Shown piece by piece: positions 46,258 through 58,000 of a stretch of 64,000 bases of DNA. Each line of letters begins with the position of its first letter. The first letter of the stretch is position 1. A program made the translations under genes and the position numbers. The notes beneath the pieces were generated by a model, which had not been told where the DNA came from, made no database searches, and saw only the letters and a program-made list of their open reading frames with translations. The stretch comes from Macrostomum hystrix (Eukaryota > Animalia > Platyhelminthes): the NCBI GenBank assembly GCA_950097015.1, contig CATNEN010000030.1, forward strand, positions 2,542,001 through 2,606,000, written 5' to 3'.

Positions 46258-48584
46258 CGCCTGGCAGGACGTGTGGAGTGTAGCTCGCTCAGTTCTGGTG
46301 GAAACTAATGGCGCGTCTGTTATGTTATTGGGTTTGCAAGTTTTTTAAATCGACTTTACCACCCGTTTGAATTCAAAGCTTCATTCTAAGAACTGGTACG
46401 AAATTTTATCAATAATGTACGAGCGAACTTCATGGGGGTTCGGGTTGGGGTTCGTATTGGATTTGAGTTAAACTTTTTGGAAATTTCCATATACCACGGC
46501 TCTTCAGAGCTGTGGATGAAAACTCTTTATAAAGACACTCACAACTCACGATGCGTTGTCGAAAATGTCTTGCGAGGAAACTAATTCCTGATCTATTTCT
46601 GTTCCATAAAGGTTAGCACGATTTGAAGTCTGCTTCGAGAATAAACGAATCGGGGTAGATTCGTAGGTGAATACGGAGGTGAATTCAGTTGAGAAGCTGT
46701 ATTTCACCGGAGTTCTGCGCGCACACACCTAATAACCAACTAAGCCTGACGCGCAGAAGAATAGGTGGGGCGTTGGGGTTGCCGGGCCGAGCCTGGGACC
46801 ACAACAAACTCAGCGGCGTGCCTAGCAACGCCAAGCAGATTGTGAAGGACAGAGGCGAGAGCAATCGAGTGTGAGTCAGTGTGCACTTATCGTAATATTA
46901 GAGAGAAAGGGTGACGAGAAGCAGACGTGTCCGCACAGACAAAACGAGTGCATTGGGCAGCTACCAGAGTGTATTTGCACAGCTCATCAGTTCTGATTGC
47001 TGTTTAGCCATTGGGCGATTGGCATACAGCTGGAAGAGATCTGGGATGCTTCAAGGTCGATTAATTTGGCGTCCTATAATGGATGGGTTCGGTGATTTCA
47101 ACGGGGCTTACGCGTGTACGCGAGAACCACACTTTTTATTGACATCACACACGGTTGCACTAAATATGATTTAACATTTAAATAGAGCTTTTGGTTGATT
47201 TTGGTTGTTCCTCGAGCCCAACAACATGGCATGTAGCTATTTGTGGCGCACAATTTAGGTTTAGATACTTACATGCCTAATTAAACTTAAATGAGCTAAA
47301 ATGATAGTTAAATTACCATTGAACCGGCTTAAAACAGGCAATTAGTGTGGAGATTTTAGCTTTGATTAAAGTACTAGTTCATGCGGTCGCAGCATTGTAG
47401 TGTATTTGTGCAGTTGCCATTGCATTGTCAATGCATTTTGGTTTGGCACCGAATAAAAGCAGAGTAGAAGTGCCTGCTGCAGCTGGTCACACATAACTTT
47501 CTGACAATCGGAACCGATTTTATTGGCGCGTATAATAAACGGCACAATCATTAGAAAAGCTATTAAATTAATGAAAAATTCATGAACAAACTGGACGCGA
47601 TAAAGACTGCAATAATTGACTAAGCTTATATTGTCTTCTCTACTGAATTCGGCCAGATTGCATTATAATATGAGAATGAGAAAAGCTTTCATATTTGCTT
47701 AATTGTCGTCTATTTTTAGGAGGCCGTGACGCAGACTACTATATATAGTAAACTTTAATGGTCTGATTCAATCAAACAAGTTTATCGTTTCAGTATTTCT
47801 AATCAAGTTTGTAAGTTTCAAGTCAATAGTGCCAGCTCTTGTACCAATCGTGAATTACTTTAAGGTATAACAAACCATCGATATTTTTTATAATCTCACA
47901 GTGTGCATGTACAATAAATAATGAATACTTCAGATAATTTAAAGTAATTTTAATAAACCATTTTTTATTTATTCTGTGGGTTTAAAAATAATTCTGTGGA
48001 CAATAGAATGAAAATATTTGGACATTTTTTGGATTAGTACGTTAGAATGGTGACTTTTTGGAGCGTTGCAGCTAAAGGTACTCGTGTGTATAATTCATAT
48101 CATTTATCTGCTCCATCTGCTTCCTGTTTGAAATGGAGTAACCTAGTGTGTAGTGGTAATTAGAGCTGCCTTAATTGACTGCATGCGATACATAGACCCA
48201 AACGCACCTGGCTCTTCATCAGCAGAGCATAATAGAGATATTTGCTTGTCAAACTGGTTAATTCAGGCTGCACTCTGAAGAACACTCATAACTAAACGGC
48301 TCGTATCGCGTGGATCGGTGTTGAGAATGCATCCGATATATATGACAGGTAAGGCAAATGATGGAGGCAAAGTTATCTCAGAGTATATAAATGGATGTAT
48401 CTGCAGACATCCATTGTAGATAAAGCTCTTGTAAGCTTGTGATGCTGAAGGATGACAGTTTCATGTATTTAAGGGGGGATCGTTGCCACATGAATTTATC
48501 ATTCTTTTTCATTATATAGTGCAAAACCTGGACAAATATTGATTCTTGTGTCTCTGCGAATGTTAATAATCATAATATAATAGT

Positions 48585-48745
48585 AATATTAATAATTGCA
48601 GGAGCGATGCGGGCAATGGTACATCATTTGGTGAGGCGCAGCGAGGAGGCAATTCTGCCCCATGTCGCTGACTCCTGAGCACACACACTCAGAAACTGTA
48701 CGCAGGCGCACGCTTACACAGGTGTGTACATCTGCACTGACTTTG
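48585..48745 (-). mobile_element. SINE-A 3' half
   Basis: Tail and body match the consensus. Confidence 0.85.
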
Positions 48746-49354
48746 TAAATTATTTGCTAGACAAGCACATAAAAAAATAGTTTACGTTTTTCGGACTCTA
48801 CTTTAAGTAGTCAATTCGGTTGTTTTAATCATCACACATTCTACGAGTTCGCATTCTCTCGTATCTGTTGGGTAGCAGACCGCGGACGCACAGGCCTCAG
48901 GACAATTTTATTTTTTACGCATAACGAAACTTTCTTCAATGGTAAGATAACATAAGATTGGCTCAAAAATCTCCTAGTTTTAAAATGCAGGTCTCACCTG
49001 TAGCGTCAATAACATCAGAACAATATTTGACTGGATTTAATCTGCCAAAATAGTGATCAAGGGTGACTGGCTAAAACAAATAGTGCACGTGGCATTTTGT
49101 AAGACAGTTACTACTACGAATTAAATGGTTTCCTAATTTTCTAAGGATGACATGCAGCAACTAGAAAGCCACAGCTTTTTTAAAACAAACAAAACAATTG
49201 CAATACAAGTCATCACAGCCCATCACCTAAGATTGAGAGGATGAAAACACAAGCATACTATAGTGTTATACGAGCCAAATAGATATGAAAACATGTAGTA
49301 TAGTACCAAAAGCACTGAAAAAACGAATAGTGTGCTCAAACATTTAATCGCTCT

Positions 49355-52281
49355 TTAATCGGACTTCTTAGATGACTGCCTTGTGGATAGTGCCACGTAC
49401 TTGCTGTGCGACTTGTACCACAGAGCCAGTGGAATGAAGACTGACGGCAACGACATCAGGCCGAAGGTCAGCCATTCGGTCTGCAAGGCGGAGATAGAAT
49501 CACACACTATACTCAGGGACTAGCTAGCAGTCCTCTCACTGTCCTCTCACTATCTCCCTCTCATTTTGCCCTCCCCCTCTATCTACTCTCATTTTGCCCT
49601 CCCCCTCTATCTACTCTCATTTTGCCATCTCCCTCTATCTACTCTCATTTTGCCCTCCCCTCTATCTACTCTCATTTTGCCCTCCCCTCTATCTACTCTC
49701 ATTTTGCCCTCCCCCTCTATCTACTCTCAATTTGCCCTCCCCTCTATCTACTCTCATTTTGCCCTCCCCCTCTATCTACTCTCATTTTGCCCTCCCCCTC
49801 TATCTACTCTCATTTTGCCATCTCCCTCTATTTACTCTCATTTTGCCCTCCCTCTATCTCCCTCTCAATTTGCCCTCCCCTCTATCTACTCTCATTTTGC
49901 CCTCCCTCTATCTCCCTCTCAATTTGCCCTCCCCCTCTATCTAGTCTCATTTTGCCATCTCCCTCTATTTACTCTCATTTTGCCCTCCCCCTCTATCTAC
50001 TCTCATTTTGCCCTCCCCCTCTATCTACTCTCATTTTGCCATCTCCCTCTATTTACTCTCATTTTGCCCTCCCTCTATCTCCCTCTCAATTTGCCCTCCC
50101 CTCTATCTACTCTCATTTTGCCCTCCCCCTCTATCTACTCTCATTTTGCCCTCCCCCTCTATCTACTCTCATTTTGCCCTCCCCCTCTATCTACTCTCAT
50201 TTTGCCATCTCCCTCTATTTACTCTCATTTTGCCATCCCCCTCTATCTACTCTCATTTTGCCATCTCCCTCTATCTACTCTCATTTTGCCCTCCCTCTAT
50301 CTACTCTCATTTTGCCATCTCCCTCTATCTACTCTCATTTTGCCCTCCCTCTATCTCCCTCTCAATTTGCCCTCCCCTCTATCTACTCTCATTTTGCCCT
50401 CCCCCTCTATCTACTCTCATTTTGCCCTCCCCCTCTATCTACTCTCATTTTGCCCTACCCCTCTATCTCCCTCTCATTTTGTCCTCCCTCTATCACCCTC
50501 CCCTTTCATTTTCATTCTACCGATCTTGGCTATATCCTCTTTCCGGCCCTCCACTTAATCGAACTCTTATTTGCCATGCCCTACATCACATCTTATCTTC
50601 CACATTTCTTGTCCTCATAATAATAAATATATATTAATTGTTTAAACTTTTAAATCACGTTCACCAATATCAAACGCCCTTGTTATAGCTCTTATATTAA
50701 AGGAACCAAATAAAGTTGGACTTGATTTCCCGTGTTAAAGTTAAAGTTCTACTAGAGCTGGGAGTATGTGTTACTTCGGACTACATTGTAGAATCAATTA
50801 ATGTCTAGGACTTTCTATTTTATGTTGATTGTTGAAAATAGACAGAAGACAATTAATAAAATGCGATTAAAAAATATGCTAAACGTTCCGTTCGGAAGTC
50901 ACACTAACATGTCACGGCAAAACAGGCATAGTAGAATCGCCCAGTACGTATGATTCAGCAAATTTCCTCCACTCTACTTGCTTTATGAACCGAAAGAATC
51001 GCGCCTGGCGGGCGCGCATGGGGTTGGGGTTCGGATTGAGTTTGGAATGTACATTCGCGCTATTTTTAATGTACATTGCCTGGGCCACACACTGGATAGA
51101 GAAGGATTGGTCGTGCTTATGCTTACTTGAAAAGGATAAAAGTTTAGCTATATTCCATTCCCTATAGCGCCCATGTTTTTAGAGGATTAGGATTATAACA
51201 GCATACGGTTAAAATGGCAGAACAGTTCTTATCGTGAGAACAGCCTATTATTATATTTCTAGGCGGTATTTCGGGGGAAGCATTGCACCAGGAGCATAAG
51301 TAGAGACGTTACGAGTATTATTATTTTAACTCAAAATGAACTTGGCTGATTCACTAGCGTTATTAATACTGCTTACTAAATGTTGCGTACAAAAATGAAT
51401 TCGTGGATCACTAGATACAATTTCGTCATCGTAATTCTCCAACTATAATTTAACTTTGCCGTTTTGACTGTTTTGCTGTTGCTAAATGACAAACATCCAA
51501 AACTGCCAGAAGTAAATTTGAATTGAAAATGACTCCTGACTGTGAGGGAATAGAATTTAAAGTCTTAAGTGCTCGTACATTCTTATCGAATGTAGCTAAA
51601 TAAAAACACAACTGGTCCAGAATGATTGACTCTTCCATTAATCGTAAAATAAAGCAAACTAGCAGCAAAAGAAAACTTGAAATAAAAAATCTAATCTAAA
51701 GAAAACTCACAGCCCTGGCGGAGAACTGCCGCTCGTAGGCGGCCGTGTCGTAGATGGCCACCTCGCCGAATCCACTGGTCTGGCCGACAGTGAAGCCGCG
51801 CTCATCTTCACTGGCACGGTAGCGAATTGTAGCCTGGCTAACGTTGAACACCACACTCTGAAGTGGCGTCAGCACCACCGAGTGGCTGACGTTGGCGCCG
51901 GGCGCCAGGCTAGCCCAGCGTGCCCGCAGGAGGCCGGCCTTAAGTTGGAAATAATCGCCGGGGAAGCCCTCCTCCTCTAGCTGCAGATTCTGGGCGGCCC
52001 TGTGCAGGTAGATTCGAGTGAGATAAGGGCATGCAAGGAGACTATTATTGCAGTCCAATGAGTAGACAACTTGAAGTCAATCAAACAGTTGAACAGTAGA
52101 AACTTAGAAGCACTTACTTTGAGCCAACGTTGTACAAGTCATACTGAACAGTGATGTCTTTGCCCTTGACGACATAATTGTTAAGAATTGATTTCAGTGC
52201 AATGACTTGAGCTCTTTCTTCACTTTCGGCCATGCACGACGCAACCATCAACACGAGGAGTAGCGCGCTGAATTTCCACAT
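49355..52281 (-). CDS. SSR2: Translocon-associated protein subunit beta (TRAP-beta), 192 aa
   Basis: Exons 52281-52118 (MWKFSALLLVLMVASCMA..KSILNNYVVKGKDITVQYDLYNVGS), 51999-51711 (PGANVSHSVVLTPL..YERQFS), 49480-49355 (EWLTFGLMSLPSVFIPLALWYKS..*). Collinear with known SSR2. A 5'UTR intron is likely at 52291-52372. Confidence 0.96.
49545..50500. repeat. 27-29-bp pyrimidine-rich minisatellite CCCTCCCCTCTATCTACTCTCATTTTG (SSR2 intron)
   Basis: Direct inspection. Confidence 0.95.
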
Positions 52282-52412
52282 GATGAATTTCTATAAAATG
52301 GAACAGCAGCAAATTAGATTAGGTACAAAATACGAATGTTGGTTTAAGTGAGAAAAAAACAGAAAAAATTACGTAAAATCACAACTATTACTGTATAAAT
52401 AACGTTAACTAA

Positions 52413-52493
52413 ATGGTGCTCCGTGCTTCTGATGTTAAAATGAAAAGTCTTAAAAAGACAGAAGCGTCGGTTTTCTTAGAATTGAAAAGTCAG
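52413..52493 (+). CDS. Candidate first coding exon of TUT4/7 (MVLRASDVKMKSLKKTEASVFLELKSQ)
   Basis: ATG followed by 27 open codons ending CAG|GTAATA, phase 0, matching the phase-0 acceptor at 55096. No homology support. Confidence 0.45.
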
Positions 52494-53619
52494 GTAATAC
52501 AGAAAAAAAAAATTCACTAATATTATTGTTTCACCGTACAGTATGCAGTTAAAAGATTAGCGAAAGAACTTACAAAATGGAAAGAAAAAGAATGATAATG
52601 GAACCAGTTTTTTAGTTGGTTAACTTTAGTTAACTTGTTCAGTTCTGACCGATGATAACATGCGCGTGTTCATTTGAAAATCAACGAATTTTAGTATGAA
52701 TATTATAACAAAAATAGACAAACACAAAAATTTAAAGAAACATTTATTGTATAAAATTTTGTACTATATAATTCAGAAAATGTAATTTTTTAATACCATA
52801 AAAGTTTTTTTCGCATTGTTACGAAACACAAACACGCGCGAAAACATAAACATAGTTATCACTCAACTACGCCACTAGTGAAACAATTGAGAATTGAATT
52901 TTATAATTTCTTATTCTGAAACTAAATATTGATTTAAGCATAAACACTGGCGCAGGTGCTTAATTTAATTCTGTGTTTGTGTATCTTGCCAACGATCGTC
53001 CACACAGAGCATCTAAGTTAACAAGCAAACATTTGCTCCTTATATTTAGACTTATGTACTATACAGTATACTATAGGCTAATAACTAATTATATTTTTGT
53101 AGGCGCTGCTATTGCTACTAGTACCTTTCTCATATCGACACTAGTTTAAACACTGTAGCGGCATTTCTATGTATAGACCGTTCCTATTAGTATTTCGAAA
53201 TATAAAAATGTGCAAATATGAGTTAACTGTAAGTTAAGTCTATATAACATAGACTTAACTTAGATATATTAATTATTACACGTATTAAGTAAGAGGACAG
53301 GAGGCATTCGGTATGACTTTAGCACTGTGGACCATCTAAATATCCAAATTTAACTGGTGATTCAGACATAATGTTTATGTTTAAAAGATAAACTAAATAT
53401 TATACATATTTTTGTATTGATTTTAAATGTTATATTTCATTCTACCCTATTCTGACTGTCCCATTGATTTTTCCAGTAAAATAAGGTAACAAGGTTTCTG
53501 TCAATTTTCATGAGACAAAAAATGAATTTATGTTAATTAAAAAGAATTGATAGCCTACATACTCATAGCTATCTTTTTATAGGCCTATGTTGTGTTAGGC
53601 TTATAGGGTTAATTGGTAA

Positions 53620-54235
53620 AGCAATTAACATATTTGCCTCTTTTACCAAGGTCCCTAGCTTGATTCCATATCAAATTAGGGTATAGCTGCTGTGAGAAAG
53701 CTTTAGGGGCTAATAATCAAAATATTTGTAGGAGGGCTATAGGCAATGACACATTTGGTGACACTAGACTAGCAGCCAGCAAGAAATAAAGTCTGCCCAT
53801 TTTGCTGACCCCAAGCACACATGTACACAGATTACACTGTATGCAGGCATGTGCTCATATAGGTTTATGTGTTTACATCTGCCCTGACTTCTCATTGTCA
53901 GTTAGTGTACACTTTCATTGTGCCTTAGAGGTTTGCCTACAATGTGCACTAATTGTATAATAAGCCCCTTAAGCCATCTCTATGGCTGCACCACAATTTA
54001 ATTTGACCTCATTGTGGCATCTGAAAGCTTAAGGACCTTGATGCAAGAGCCAAATGCTTTAACCACTATGCCATTGACCCCCAGCTTTTGGGGGCTTATT
54101 GTGTAATTATGCCAATAAGGGCAAACCTCCTGGGCATAGTGAAAGTGTTCACTGTCTGATAAAAATAATGTTTGGGCAGTTGTACACACCTATGTGAGCA
54201 TGTGCCTAAGTACAGTATATCTGTGCTATGTGTGT
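53620..54235. mobile_element. Cluster of three CpG-less SINE-A remnants (head fragment +, ~53715-54075 minus, ~54080-54235 plus)
   Basis: Alignable to the consensus, but every CpG is converted to TG, CA or TA or otherwise lost. Confidence 0.8.
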
Positions 54236-55095
54236 GTGTTTAGTAGTAAACAGTTAGCTAGCAGAACAAGACATTATGCTTTTAGGCCTAAGACCCTAAG
54301 CCTAGTTTATTGTAGCTAATATGCCTAATAATCTCAAAATATTGGAACGTATTGACCCTTTTTACATCTGTGGGAAGGGTCATGGAGGTATGTTACACTT
54401 TTTACTATCTCTTTCAATAGTTAGAAATACTGAATCTGGGCATCACCATCTAGGCACAAATGTCTCACAAATGTCTTACATCACTGTGGTGTACTTAATA
54501 CTTAGCTTCATCTTACTGACAATGAAAAATATCTATCAAAGACACAGAATTTTTTTATTTTATACCCAAGTTCTCATTGATAATTATAATTGTTGTCCTT
54601 TAATTTTTATTAGAAAGAAAGCAAATATATATGCTATGCATACATAAAGCTATATATATAATATGAGCATGTGTGTATTAAGCTAACTGTTATAGTCTTG
54701 GTACAATTGTTCAAACATACTATTTATCACATCCAAATTCTAATTTCCTGTTTGAGAAGTTTTAGTTTATTATATGAAAGCTTGAAAAGAGCCTTATTTA
54801 TAAAGGTAATACATTTATTTCAGTAATAAATTATAGTAAATTTATTCATTTTGGAACTATAGCAAAAATTTTGCTATACAACTTCTATATTATGTAAAAA
54901 GTATTATGCTTATTTTAAATAGCTACTTTGCAATTGGTCTAAATTCAAATTCAAGCTTAATGTCTTCTACATGTTTGTAATCACTTAATTGGTAAAAAAT
55001 GTTTAGAAATCTACAGTAGGATTCGTTTATTTTTTACTAAGCACCATTTGGCCATTCTAATGCTGCTGCATCCTACTAAAAACTGAAATCTCCAG

Positions 55096-58000
55096 GCGGG
55101 GCCGTCGCACAACAGCGCAGCGGCCAAGAAGAATGCCCGCGCGCCTCTTGATGCCGGCTGCCCGACAGATGCCGACTTGGACGAGCTCGAAGCCGAAGCC
55201 ATCTATCCGCTGCCGAAGGTCTCCGATCGATTTCCACGAGCCAAGTATCACTGCCGAGCCTGCGATTATCATTGCGACTCTCTGCCAAAGTGTCGCCAGC
55301 ACGTTAAGGATCAGCGACATCGGGTGAAGTCGGACGCCGGCCGTCTTGGCCGCCTAGCCGCCCTGCTGCCTGAGCCGACAGCCGGCCACGCCGAGGTCCT
55401 TGGCGAGCAGCTGGCCACGCTGGCCGATTCGGTCGCACTAGAACCGGCCGAGGCTGCTAGGCGGCGACAGATAGCCGAGGTTGTAATCTCCATCATCCTT
55501 GCCGCAGCTCCGGGCGGTGCTGTCAGCGCTAACCTCTGCGGCAGCCTGGCCAGCGGACTGTCAACCGTGCGCAGCGATGTCAACATCTGCCTGGTGCTGA
55601 ACCTGCGCCAATGCCCCGAAGCATTCGACCTGTGCGTGTCGGCACTGCGCAGAAAGGGCTGCTTCTCCCTCATCCAGCCGGACCTGGCCATGCCGGGCAT
55701 CATCTGCTGCGACAGGGCCGGCGTCACCTACCGCATCGTCTGCGCCTCCAGCTCCGCCAGGGCTTCCGTGGCTCGCCTAATCGGCGCCTACGCCGGCCTC
55801 AGGCGCCGCTGCCGCCGGCTCTGCTTGGCTCTGCGCGCCGTGGCTGGCCGGGCCGGCCTGGCCTCGCCTGATCGGAACGGCACCCTGCCGCCGCACGCCT
55901 TCGACCTCATGGTTGTGCACTATATGCAGCTGACTGGCCACCTGCCTGTGCTTAATAGACTAGCCGAGACAGCGCCGCCTCATCTGGCTCGCGTTGAAGG
56001 CGTCGGCGACGACGGCGTCCGACTAGTCTATCTGGACGCTGCGCGAGCCGACGGTCGGTTAGACGGAATCTGGCGCCGGCCGCGCGGCGTTGGTCTTGGC
56101 GTCAGCGGCTGCGAGGGCCTCGGCCGGCAGTGGCTAGAACTGTTGCGCTATTACGCATTGCCGGGTCGCGAGACGGCAGTTGTCACGGTGACTAGATCCG
56201 AGCCAGCCGCACTAACCTGCGCCGACAAGGATTGGCCACCACGACCTATCAACATCGAGGATCCATTTCAGCCGAGATGCAATCTGACTAGGGCCGCAGC
56301 CACTGTTGAACTCATCGACTATACGTTGACTCAGCTAAGAGCCGCGTTTGCTCACTTTTCCGTGCCAAGAACAGCGCGCGGCCCCATCTACAGCCGACTG
56401 CGGCTGACTCAAACTGCCGGGTGCAGCAGCAGCAGCAGCAGTGTTCTGCGCGTAGTTTTTAGCAACGAAGAAGAAGAGGCCGCCATTACCGAATGGCACC
56501 GTCTGACATTGGCCACCAAGGCAGCTGCTTCGGTGGCCTCGCCAGACAATGTTGTTGAAAATGCCGACGAAGCAAAAGACGGAAATGACGACGAGGACGG
56601 CAATAGCGAAGCCGATCCGAATGGCGACGACCCGGCTGCGGCGGCAACTGCTGACGAGAATTACTCAGACGACAAGGTCTCAGAAGCTGCCACGGCGACA
56701 GAAGCGGAGGAAAACGGTGAGCAAGGTGCAGCAAAGCCAACTGACTCGAACGGCAAGGAGAGCGGCTCCATTGTTGATAGCAATCAGCCGGGCTACTACA
56801 ACCGAGCTCTGGTTGAGTCCGTGCCCAAATCCTCTCTGAAGTTTGCTGCCCTAACGAACGGCTGCTGCACCCTGCCAGTTGATCCGCCGCTAAAGTGCTC
56901 CGCCTGTCGCGGCACCGGCCACCTGCGTGACACCTGCGGCCAGTACGAACTGCCGCTGGCGCCTGCACCGGTGTCCTCGGCTTCGTCCGCGACTCCGGTG
57001 TGGCCCGTGCAGGCTCCTCAGTCGCGGCTTCACTGGTTGGGCCAGTCGTTGAAGTCCCTGCCAACGGAACTAGCCGCCACTCCCAGCGAAGAGGATCGTC
57101 GGGAGGCTGTTCGCCGAGAAATACTCGGCCTACTCCGGGTCCACCTGACCGACGTGGCCTGCCGCCTTGAGCTGTTTGGCTCCTGCTGTAACGGATTCGC
57201 CTTCCGCGACAGCGACCTCGACATGTGCCTGACCTTCGCCGAGTACGCCAGCGCCGCCGCTCTTCCCCAGCGCCTACTGGCACCCGGCCTGATGGACCAG
57301 GTGGCCGCCATACTAAAGGGGGCTCCAGGCGGCCATTTCGATTCCGTGCTACCCGTGCATAGCGCCAAGGTGCCAATTGTAAAATTTCGTCATCGACGCT
57401 TCGATATGGAGGGCGATTTGAGCTTGTACAATTTGCTGGCCGTTCACAATACCAGGATGCTCAGGGCCTACGCTGCTATGGATCAACGGGTCAGGCCGTT
57501 AGGCTATGCTGTAAAGGTGAGCTTGTGATTGCACCTGTGATCACTAGTGGCTATACTGGATAGTTTACCGGATGCTATTCTAGATAAGGTTACCGGTTGC
57601 TATTCTAGATAGGTTGTCTGTGAGTACTGGATAGGTTAAAGGGGCCTGGGGACATAATTGAGTGTAGAGAACTTGTGTAGATAGGTGGAGAACTCGTGTA
57701 TATAGGTAGAGAACTTGCGTATATAGGTGGAGAACTTGTGTATATAGTTGGAGAACTCGTGTATATAGGTGGGGAACTCGTGTATATAGTTGGAGAACTT
57801 GCGTATATAGGTGGAGAACTTGTGTATATAGTTGGAGAACTCGTGTATATAGGTGGGGAACTCGTGTATATAGTTGGAGAACTTGTGTATATAGGTGAAG
57901 AACTTGTGTATATAGGTAGAGAACTTGCGTATATAGGTGGAGAACTTGTGTATATAGTTGGAGAACTCGTGTATATAGTTGGAGAACTCGTGTATATAGG

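Noticed and set aside
46546-46728. 60-aa ORF as the first coding exon of TRPM
   Set aside because: Its GTGAGT donor (~46550) joins the 46260 acceptor out of frame, and the in-frame reading has an upstream stop. It is more likely a 5'UTR exon.
23341-52281. Polycistronic operon of the four minus-strand genes
   Set aside because: Co-orientation with 1-3 kb gaps is not sufficient evidence without spliced-leader data.
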